From NCBI GenBank assembly GCA_002269645.1, contig NIVC01000759.1, forward strand, positions 186,001 through 250,000: DNA of 64,000 bases, in the 5' to 3' direction. The translations under genes were made by a program, and so were the position numbers. The notes under the pieces were generated by a model. It ran no database searches. It worked only from the letters and a program-made list of their open reading frames with translations, and was not told the DNA's origin. Source of the DNA: Macrostomum lignano (Eukaryota). Below, piece by piece: positions 11,962 through 20,900 of this stretch. How positions within the stretch are numbered: position 1 is the first letter of the stretch; each line of letters starts with the position of its first letter.

Positions 11962-12468
11962 ATGGAGCTCACCATCCATCAATTCCGATACCTGGCCAGC
12001 TTGAAAGAGCGCTTGGAAGAGTTCGCTGACAGGAAACTCGATGCGCAATGCCTTCTGGGTGGCAACAGGCAAGTGGTGGTCAAAGATGGTGCAATCTCAC
12101 TCTGGCGCCTTCCAACAGTGCTCGGCCCCGTGCTGCACTTGAGACATGCCCTGCCGCTACCAACTGAGCAATGGCGACAGCTGTGGCAACACAGGCAATG
12201 GATATTGGAAGAACTCGAAAGACCCGCCAACCCGTGGTGGCTCGGAAACTACCCCTCGGAGCCCGAAGAGTGCGCGGAGTGGGCGTCGAAACTCTCGATG
12301 GACCAGCTGGCGATGTGGCCAGAGACGCAGCCAGCAGAGTGGGATGACCATTGGGAGGCATGGCAGGCAGTCCAGACCGAGTTCCACAAACGCTATGTGC
12401 CATCAGCGGAGCCCAGCCAGCAAGCTGAAACTCCCACGCCACCAAGGAAGCGCGCGCGCAAGAATTGA
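11962..12468 (+). CDS. PC4/Sub1-like ssDNA-binding domain protein with C-terminal basic NLS
   Basis: LLGGNRQVVVKDGAISLWR...ALPLPTEQWRQLWQHRQWILEEL resembles the PC4 pattern LG..R.V.V...IDIRE...GISL..EQW..L. The protein ends PPRKRARKN. Confidence 0.55.
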   Translation: MELTIHQFRYLASLKERLEEFADRKLDAQCLLGGNRQVVVKDGAISLWRLPTVLGPVLHLRHALPLPTEQWRQLWQHRQWILEELERPANPWWLGNYPSEPEECAEWASKLSMDQLAMWPETQPAEWDDHWEAWQAVQTEFHKRYVPSAEPSQQAETPTPPRKRARKN

Positions 12469-12507
12469 CTTCCTTTTACTGTGCATTTCGGGCCATAATA
12501 CTGCCCA

Positions 12508-12867
12508 TCATGCTTTGATTCCGGGCGATAATACTGTTATGCCGTTGAGGAGCTCAGTCAGAGTCCAGCAAAGTAGGTTCGAATGCTTGTCTGCATGCAA
12601 AATGCGGGAGAGGGCATCAGCTGCAGTCTGAGCCTCAACCACGCTGCAAGCACCAGCTATAATACAACGATACGAATGAAACAAAATCAAATTTACAGAG
12701 GCAGTAAACTCGAACACAAGTCCGTTAAAAATTTCCGGCTCGTAGGTGCCCCGATGCGGCCAGTTACACTTGACTTCCTCCAATCGGAGTGGATGCCGAC
12801 CCGCGGGAAAGGCCGTCACAGAGGTAATAGTCTTGATGCGAATCTTTGGCAGACTGGTCAATCGCAA
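12508..12867 (-). CDS. Single-repeat TATA-binding-protein-like ORF (no in-frame ATG; start possibly frameshifted)
   Basis: HPLRLEEV...TYEPEIFNGLVF...NLILFHSYRCIIAGA...RIL aligns by eye with the TBP repeat FPIRLEGL...SYEPELFPGLIY...LLIFVSGKVVLTGA...PIL. Confidence 0.85.
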   Translation of the reverse strand: MRLTSLPKIRIKTITSVTAFPAGRHPLRLEEVKCNWPHRGTYEPEIFNGLVFEFTASVNLILFHSYRCIIAGACSVVEAQTAADALSRILHADKHSNLLCWTLTELLNGITVLSPGIKA

Positions 12868-12874
12868 GAAGCAT

Positions 12875-13015
12875 TTTTATTGGTCAGCAGACCCGAGTCA
12901 GATATTTTGAGAATCTTGACTTTTGTCCAGATGGTCCGATTTTCGAGTGAGTGGGTTTCTATTGGTTAGAAAACTTTGGTGTCGGTGCAATGAGGCCCAA
13001 AATCTATATAATCAA
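12875..13015. promoter_or_regulatory. Putative bidirectional promoter between the TBP-like and RING ORFs
   Basis: ATTGG/CCAAT at 12879 and 12961, TATATAA at 13005-13011, lying between divergent ORFs. Confidence 0.45.
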
Positions 13016-13086
13016 GGCGCCTGGGCTATTTGAGGCTCAGTTAGTGTACCTTTATGACTATACAAAATTTAAGCTGTTAATTTACC

Positions 13087-13422
13087 ATGGCTCACCAATA
13101 TCAGATAAATCAGATAAAGAAAATTATTCAATGCGGTATTTGCCTGAACGAATGTTCGGATCCACGGGCACTACCTTGCCTGCACACCTTCTGTGCTCAC
13201 TGCATCCATGGCTTGCCGCGAACTCAGCAGATAATGATTAACTGTCCAATGTGTAGGAGGCTTTGCGAACTGTCTGATCCGGCAGCTTTGCCAAAAAGCT
13301 TTTACTTTGAACAGCTTAAGACAGTTGTCGCAACTTTTAACTTACAACCATCGACGTTGCCAGCAAGGGAACATGCTGGTATTGGTCAATCACCAAAATA
13401 TATGGTGGAGATATTAGGGTGA
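13087..13422 (+). CDS. C3HC4 RING finger (TRIM/RNF17-type), N-terminal half of a probable RING-Tudor protein
   Basis: CGICLNECSDPRALPCLHTFCAHC...CPMCR...LPKSF. Confidence 0.9.
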   Translation: MAHQYQINQIKKIIQCGICLNECSDPRALPCLHTFCAHCIHGLPRTQQIMINCPMCRRLCELSDPAALPKSFYFEQLKTVVATFNLQPSTLPAREHAGIGQSPKYMVEILG

Positions 13423-13830
13423 TAGAGATTATCTCCCCTAATCACTTCTACTGCATCCTACCAGAAACTCCGCCAACAGAGTTTCTACCTACGGAACTTT
13501 CGGGTCTGCTCAGTCTAGCAGAATCCCACGAAGTTGGGGTAAAGGAGATGTATGTTGGCCGCTTTTCCCGTGCGCTATGTCACAACGTCGACCGGTATTA
13601 CCGCATGCGGATTCTAAGCATAAATGTGAGCACTAACACTGCCACGGTGCTGCTAGTCGACTATGGTCATATCGATCACTCGAAACCCATGTCTGAGATC
13701 TACCGGCTAAAAGTCCTCGATCCTATCACGGCAATGCTAATGAAAGCACCGGAACGCGCGATACGCTGCCACCTTCGCAGCATTAGCGCCTGCCCGCCGT
13801 GGGCAACTAATGACGCGGCCTGCTCTGGAC
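13419..13830 (+). CDS. Extended Tudor domain; the ORF continues into the right TIR (stop at 13988)
   Basis: VIEIISPNHFYC...DRYYRMRI...ATVLLVDYGH...SEIYRL...PERAIRCHL follows the eTudor pattern. One extra G in TTAGGGTG at ~13417 would fuse it in frame to the RING ORF. Confidence 0.85.
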
Positions 13831-14040
13831 CACTCCTAGGCTTGCTCGACCCCCTAATCCGGCCTGCCCGACCCCACTACTGGGCTTGCCCCACTCCTAC
13901 CTCCGGCCTGCCCGACCCCACTACTGGGCTTGCCCCACCCCTACCTCCGGCCTGCCCCGCCCCGCCTCCGGGGCCTCCTCATCGCTGATTGGCTCCCCCT
14001 CGCTGATTGGCTCCCCCTCGCTGATTGGCCAGCCATCAGT
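13817..14040. repeat. Right terminal inverted repeat of the cassette
   Basis: Three CGCTGATTGGC copies (13983, 14001, 14019) and an imperfect terminal hairpin TCGCTGATTGGC-CA-GCCATCAG. Confidence 0.9.
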
Positions 14041-14606
14041 TCTCGGCTGTGATGTTAAGGCTGGCGATCGAATTTCTTGGCTTCTCCTGAAAGGCATGAT
14101 TGCAGGTAGCTAAACTTGTCGACGACGCTGAGGCTCGCGTTATCGTGGATGCTGGAACTGAAGCGGTCCCAGAATGCAGTCCATTGCGTCCTATCTCCAT
14201 TGAATGCTGGCGGCGGCAGCCTGATGGCCGGCGTAGTCGTCAAAGCAGCATTCTCTTGCGGTGACGTGGATGGAGTTGACTCTTTCGTTTGCTGCTGCTC
14301 TTTAGCCTGTATGCGGCTTTCTCGCTCGACCTGAAGACTCTGCAGTCGCTTGGCGAGACTCGAAATCATCTTCCCAGCCAGCAGCTCGTACTTTATTGTC
14401 TTCTCCACTTCCTCTTGGAGTATTTTCTCGTCGATCTCAACGAACAGCTCTTCATCCGCTACCAGCAGCTGTTGCTTCTTGAGGCGCAGGGCTTCCAGTA
14501 CGCTGTCGATTTCTTCCTCATCAGCCCCTGAGTTGAGCAGGTCTTGGGCTTTCTGGGCCAATTTGGTGACCGTCGATCTCAAAACTCCACACTTTTTGGA
14601 GTCCAT
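14041..14606 (-). pseudogene. BEL/Pao gag N-terminal part (DUF1759-type)
   Basis: LPPPAFNGDRTQWTAFWDRFSSSIHDNASLSVVDKFSYLQSCLSGEAK, continuing after a frameshift as IASLNITAEN up to the cassette junction. Confidence 0.9.
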
Positions 14607-14679
14607 GCTGAACTAATGAGCATTCATTAAGTCACTGTAGCACTATAGAGCCAATACTTCACTTTACTGTGATTTTAGT

Positions 14680-14867
14680 TTGGGCGCCATGTTGTAGAAA
14701 TTGAACAAGTCAGAGGGCTGTCAATTTAGCTAACATGAAAAATCAACAAATAAGCGCTCACTGAGAGGCCTGCAATACCATATATATATTCAACTATAAC
14801 TAGTCTCTCGCAACAACCACCCTACCATGCGCACTGAGGAGGGGGACGCCAAGCGTACACACAAACC
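14680..14867 (-). repeat. BEL 5' LTR (truncated) with primer binding site
   Basis: On the minus strand ...CTACAACA is followed by TGGCGCCCAA (tRNA-Lys-type PBS). Identity with the 3' LTR stops at 14867. Confidence 0.85.
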
Positions 14868-17102
14868 TCTGGGCCGTCTCTGGGTGCGACCGAGCTGGCT
14901 GGTTTTCATGGAGACGGACGCCCTCCAGCAGGGTGGCGGCATCATGGTCCACCGATCGGGAGATCCAAGGGACTTCGTGTTCGTTGGATTCGATGATGAT
15001 GCGGCAGGCCGCCTGGCAGACGAGCATGGCAACACAAAAAAGAGCGCTACAGCTAGTGGCCATATAACATCAGAATACGCTTTCAGTGTCACAGGCCAGG
15101 TCGCGAATGAACACCACGCCGCCGGCCGAATCCGGGGCCCCGGCGTCAGCCAGTAGGCAGTCAATGAAACGCCGAGTGCGGGTCTGAGTGCAGCACCACC
15201 TGCACCGGCTGTGGGCGGTACGACTCGGCGCGGATGATGTGGCTTGAGGACGCAGGTACGGATTCAGCACCGGCTGAAACCGCGATAACAGCATCCGCGG
15301 TCGCCTGCATCCGGTTGACCAACTTCAAAGATCAGGACTGAAGGCAGATACCTCAATGCTCCTCAAGCCTCGTCGTGCCCGGATTCTTAGGAACTGCGAC
15401 GATGTGCGCCGTAGTCATTTCGTTGGGTGCCTCCTCACCAAAGAGCACGCGATCTCTCTCGACCTCACTGGCCACACAGTGGATGCACAGCGCATCGATG
15501 AGCACCTCATTCTGACCCAACGCTTTCCCGCCCGGTGACTGTTAGGCGAGCCTCACAACGTCGGCTTTGCTGAATGGTGCTAGGTTGAAGCTCTCCTCTG
15601 CCGGCAACGGTATCTCCAGCGGCAGCGTCAGACTGTCTGGCTGGCAGCGGGGCTGGCGGCGCGTTGACAATGGCGGCGAAGAACTCACGCAGCTCGTTCC
15701 TGCGCTGGTCCGTAGAATCGCCTGCCAGGTTTAGCAGAATGCGCCGCTTTCGCCCCGTCAGAAAATTGATAGCCGACCAGGCCACGCGACCTCTGGCATC
15801 GGGCCGAGCGGCAGAGATGGCCCGAATGGGTTCATCAACAGCAACCTGCTGGCGCTGCAGATAGACAGCCGCCAAGACCTCCTCTGCCACGCGGGTTGGT
15901 CGCCTGCTCAAAAGGAGTCTCTACAGCTCTTCCCTCGCTTGCCGAATCGCGGAGTCGTCTTGCCATACCGGCTGCCCCCGCTGGGCCGGTCGCATCAGCG
16001 GGACTGCTTGTTTCGCGGCGGCTCGAACTGAAGCGCACACCTCCGCGTACTCGGCACCTCCATGCTTGCCGCTGAGCGCAGTGATGAAAGCGCTAGCAAA
16101 GCGGCTGTGCTTGTTGGCGTCCCTGAGTGCGTGGTAGTAGCGCCGCGGTGGCCGCTTCGGCGGACGGTAGAGCGAAAAGACGAAGGTCGCAGACGAGGAG
16201 TCGATAATCGGACCGCAGAGCCAGAGGCGTGCGTGATGGCGCGGCAATTGATGACGCGGCGGCGCTCGCTGAAGCGCACCAGCACATGATCGAGCTGTGC
16301 CTGCCTCCGTGTTGCGTTCCGGCCTCACGCATTCCGCCGCCTGCGCTTGTAGCCCACAAAAGTTGCGAGCTTGTCCAGCGGCTTGCGGAAGCAGGTGTTG
16401 GTCGACACCATGTCCTGCCTCTCTAGGAAGTCCTCCAGCGCTCCGGTTTTGCCGCTCTCACGCAGTGTGACGAACAGTGACCGCTCGGACCTACGCAAAA
16501 CCACGTTCAGGTCACAAAGGATGATCACTGTGTCACGCTGCCTCCTCCACCTGTACCGAAAGCTGCTCGAAGAAGTCTTGAGCCTCATCAGGACGGGTGG
16601 AAGGGGGCGCATACGCGCAGAACAGGCGAGCGTTCCGGCCTTGAAGCCGGACGTCGATCCAAAGCAGCTGAGGGGACAGAGAGACGCAGCGACAGCTCTG
16701 CTACAGCCTCGGTCCGACCAGCGCTCCAACTCCTCCACGACCTCGTTGGTCCGCCAATGTGTAGTAGAGGGTCCATCCGGCGCCCAGATCCTCACAGTGA
16801 AGCCCGGATCAGCCTTGATAGACACCTTCTGCAGTGCGGTGACGTCACAGCTTAGGTCGAGCGCTAGCTTTGCCAGAGCCCCTCTCCACCAGGCAGCCTT
16901 GAGCGTGCGGCAGTTCAGCGTCCCAACCCAAAGCGTGCCTTGTGGTACGGCTGGGGCTCGATGTAGATAAGCCTCTCGGTCCCAGGCCCGCTGGCCTCAC
17001 CATGTCGCCAACCGCGCCGATTTCGCTCACGCCGACGCTCAACACGCCGACGCTCGCTCCGCTGCCCTCGCTTCGTCCTGCCGCTGTTGGCCGCCGCAAC
17101 AT
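14868..17102 (-). mobile_element. Degenerate RTE-like non-LTR retrotransposon (APE endonuclease plus partial RT)
   Basis: GTLNCRTL, DVTALQ, VIILCDLN, NTCFRKP, QLDHVLV, LRSDYRLL (APE); then AWSAINFLTGRK and LLSRFQPVLNPYLRP (RT approach). Many frameshifts. Confidence 0.85.
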
Positions 17103-17204
17103 TTAAGCGCGGCTCATCGCCTTGACCACTCGGAGGTCGTGGCATTTAATTGCACCAAGGTGCAAATAAATTAAGACAGATTTGGTGGCCATCTTCATGT
17201 TCAA

Positions 17205-17450
17205 GGAGCGGCTCGAGAAGAACCGATCACCCTAAATCTGGAAAACAGCGCGGCGGTGGTAACGCAGCCATGATGACCCTGCTGAAAGAGCGGCTCGAGA
17301 ACAGCCGGATAGCCCTAAATCTGGAAAACAGCGCGGCGGTGGTAACGCAGCCATCATGACCCTGCTGAAGGAGCGGCTCGAGAACAGCCGGATAGCCCTA
17401 AACCTGGAAAACAGCGCGGCGGTGGCAACGCAGCCATCATGACCCTGCAA
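17205..17450. repeat. Tandem repeat, ~82-84-bp unit, 3 copies
   Basis: gagcggctcgagaacagccggatagccctaaatctggaaaacagcgcggcggtggtaacgcagcca is repeated. Confidence 0.9.
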
Positions 17451-17988
17451 ACTGCCACTCTTGCTGCACTCAAGCACAACATCAGCTTCTGTGAGTTTTA
17501 CATGCAGGGCGCCTGGCAGCTGCTCAGTGACCCGCTCTCACGGGCGCTCACCCACCTTCGGCATTTGCTACTCTTTCTGGTGCAATTCTACGGCACCCAG
17601 CCTTGGCCTGTGGAGGATAAGACTCCTGCTGCCTTAGCTACCGCGTCGCTGATCAATTGGACGTGCAACTTTGGCAGTGCGTTAACAGTAAAAAGTATTT
17701 TTTCTGCCTTTTTCTTTTTTAGGTTTAGGGTTGCTACCGTCCCCTTTCGTGCCAATGCTGCTCTGCTCTTGTACTCGTATCTTAGGTTTAAAATGTAAAG
17801 CAATTATCTACCGTGATATGAACGACCCAAAGGTGACCTACGAGAGCATTCTCGGATGATGGCAAATCGCGTGACTAAAAACTTGAGTTGAATTTACTTT
17901 TCAATCCATTCTGGATCCCCAACCCTCTGAGCCAAGATGGCTTATAAAATAATAAAATAAAATAATATAGGTAAAGTGCGGGTCTCAC

Positions 17989-20900
17989 GCCGGCAGAAGA
18001 CAAGAACTCCAACGGAGCTGTTCAGAACCTCGTTGCTGAAGGCATGGAAGTCTCTCTCGGGCTTCTTGGTCAGGACGAACTGCTGCCCGCTCTGCCGGAC
18101 ATAGTTGCAGTCGGCCACGAAAGAGCCGTCAAGGCACCTCTTCACCGCTTCGAACAAGGAGACGTTCTCTGGCGTGGAGCCGGCCACCTCGTGCGAGCTA
18201 GTGGGGTAGTAGCGGTCCAGTGTGGGCAGGAAGTACGGCTCATCGCAGCTGCGGTTCCACCTTCGGGCTGACGAAAGTAGAGTGGCGGGTGTTTAGCTCG
18301 TGAAAATTACCAGTAGAAGACGTTCTCGGTGATCTGAGAGATTCCGAGATGCACTAATAACGCGTATCGCGTGTTTCAGGCCTCACCGGCAGTGACCTCG
18401 CAAATGACGTGGGCGGAAATGGTCGAATTGGCGGAGCCCCACCAGCTCATGCGGCTCAGGTTGGCCAGCGCCAAGGTGTGCTCCGGCTGGCTCTGGAACG
18501 GCTCCCAGAAGCTCCACTTTATTTTTGCGGAGGGGCTGCCCTCGATCGCCCAGCCGCTGCCGTCCCTGACCAGACCCAGGTGGACCATGAACTCGCTGGT
18601 CAGGGACCCAGCGAACTGCAAGGCCGCCATGGAGACGATGATGTTGTCCTCGAAGGAGCGCGGCAGGAATAGGCGGCCTCTGTCCATCCAGTGGATTCCG
18701 GCGCAAAACTGCTGGCCCAGGACGCGGTGCTGCGGTTGCTTGGCGGCGAAGTAGCACTGGCCGTTGAAGTAGAAGGACGAGGCGGGGCATTCTGTGGGGC
18801 GGTTGGGACCAGCACATAATTTTAAGCAGCCGGCAGATTTGAGAAAGAACAAGGCAGACAGGCCAGAGGCAGAATGCGCTGGATTTTGCCTTGACTTTCA
18901 TCGAAGATTCTGGAGAACCCATAGCCGCTGAAAACTGTCCTCTCAGCTAACGCTGACTGCATCAGTTCAAGGTTTTTGAGTAGTTTTGCAGCTCCCTTTA
19001 CATTTTTCCACCAAATTTTTCTGTTGCATTGTCGCTTCTTAGCCTCAGGCTTGAGAAGAGTCTTGGCATCGTCCCCTCGCCTCCGGCCCCCTCATCGATC
19101 GGTTCAGAGCGGTGGGACTCCTGGGGGGGGACCACTTACGAAATGTGAGAAATAATGAAAGAAAGGGAAGAGGGGTTGGGAGCGCAATGATGCGTGAAGC
19201 GAAAGAAGACAATTGAGCTGGAAGATGGGCCCTCCTCTCCTGAGGGCCTTTCATTCAGACCAAGTCAGTGCTTCTGCAGCACAGGCAAGCAGGCCACTAA
19301 TTGCCATAAGGCGTGTGACTGTCAGCGACTGCCAGCTCCAGCTCGCAGTGCCTAAGAGACGGTGCTGTGCATCCATCAAAACAACTTTGCTATGAGCTGC
19401 CGCGCCGTGCGGCAACGCAGAGCCACGGTTTGATGACGTGCACTTGCAAGAATAGCTACCTTCAGAATGTCGCTTTGTTTCAGTAGGAAAACTTCTAGAA
19501 TTTTTCATAAGCTTTTCTCACCAGTCTGTAAATCTAAAAATAGACTGTCAGTAGCCCACATCAATTAGCCAGTTGGGGAGAGAAACCCCGCTCTGCTGAA
19601 GCACCGATGTTTAGTTAAATCAGACTTTTTTGTAAAAAAGCAAGAAAACACGAAATGGAGTGGTTATATTTCCCATGATGTTTCCATTAACTACCCCTGT
19701 TTTGCCTGCAACTGTTCTTTTACTCGGTAATTACTTCTAGCATGCTGGTAGAAGCGAGTTTTCGTAGTTTCGGCTGCAATTCGCAATAAATGTAGTGGCA
19801 CAGTGGCGCACATCGGAAGGCTCAGACTGGCAGAAGCTTGCGATGGAGAGAAAATCTTAGGAGCGCTACACAAGGCAAGCTGGGCTAACGCCCCCGACTG
19901 CCGGCAACCCGCGCGGCTATCCCCTGTCCTTCCACCGCCCTCAGCAGGGCTTGGACTCAACCGCATGTCCTTCTCTAGCCATGGCTGTTTTGCCAGACAT
20001 CGCTACCTCCAGGAAGCAATCCGTAGTGAAGAATGCCCATTCTGCCTCTCCCGAGTTGAGAATGCGGAGCACTTCATCTGTGAATGTCTCAGGACAGGCT
20101 CACAAACCCGGACCTCTCCGACGTTTTCAGATTTGAGAGTCTCTGAAAGCTCATCGGCTACCTAAGGGCTACCGGACGAGCGACCATCCAACTCTTGGAG
20201 GACCGCGCTGCAGACACCGCTCCACCGGATCTGCCCGTAGTCGCCAGGGGTTAGCGGAATGAGCGGGAACGCCCCCCCGCCGCTGCATCCGGATGCCCGG
20301 AACCCCCTGTACGCTCAAAAGTTTATCAAACTAAATTTTCATCAAATACTTTCGGAGACCAAGCAAAGAGCAAGCAAAGTTCTAGACAAATTCTGTTGTT
20401 CCTATCGGCTTTGTGTATTTTTAGATGGAAAGAATCAATGAAGGTATGATAGGTTGCTAGATTAAACACATGAGATGAAAAGACCCCGAATGTCAAAGAT
20501 TACTCAAGTCAAGGTACAGTTTGTTCAAACCATTTTAAGATTGATCCCGCAAATTTTTGACCCGTGGAATTGCTGCTGGTAACGGAAACCAGATTGGTAA
20601 CTATTGAAAAACGGGATTTTACACAAATAGGAAATTTCATAGTTCGGCCGTGCAACCTACCGTCTGCCAGGCAGCCATGAAGTTTGAAGGTCACATTTTC
20701 GCAGTCTCTGCCTTGAAAGTAGACTCTGAATCTCGCCGCGTTGATGGTACCGTTCAAGGCGTACATTGTGCCGGCCTCGTCCTCTGGGTCGATTGTTAAG
20801 ATCTGTCAATTTGAAATGGCGCGCATAAGGCGTGAAAAAGTAATTGCCATCATTTTGAATTGCTCGCATTGAGAACAGAGCAACTCACCAGGTTGTTGTG

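Larger units (their letters stand above)
11159..14040. mobile_element. Uncharacterised TIR/hairpin-bounded cassette encoding PC4-like, TBP-like and RING-Tudor proteins
   Basis: Inverted repeats 11159-~11325 and ~13817-14040, a terminal 12-bp-stem hairpin, four tightly packed intronless ORFs, and no transposase or polymerase motif seen. Confidence 0.8.
9589..14867 (-). mobile_element. BEL/Pao LTR retrotransposon, internally deleted and carrying an inserted cassette
   Basis: Direct repeats 9589-9768 and 14690-14867 (LTRs, TG..CA end). PBS TGGCGCCCAA at 14689-14680. Gag and integrase are present in BEL order; PR/RT/RNase H are missing. Confidence 0.9.

Noticed and set aside
12583-12969. 128-aa plus-strand ORF inside the cassette
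   Set aside because: It is the antisense shadow of the TBP-like ORF and has no motif of its own.
11159-14040. Classifying the cassette as a Polinton/Maverick, parvovirus or DIRS element
   Set aside because: No pPolB, integrase, capsid, Rep/NS1, RT or YR motif is visible inside the TIRs, so no known class can be assigned from this copy.
16371-16970. Plus-strand ORFs over 14.8-17 kb
   Set aside because: Antisense to the GC-rich RTE-like LINE.
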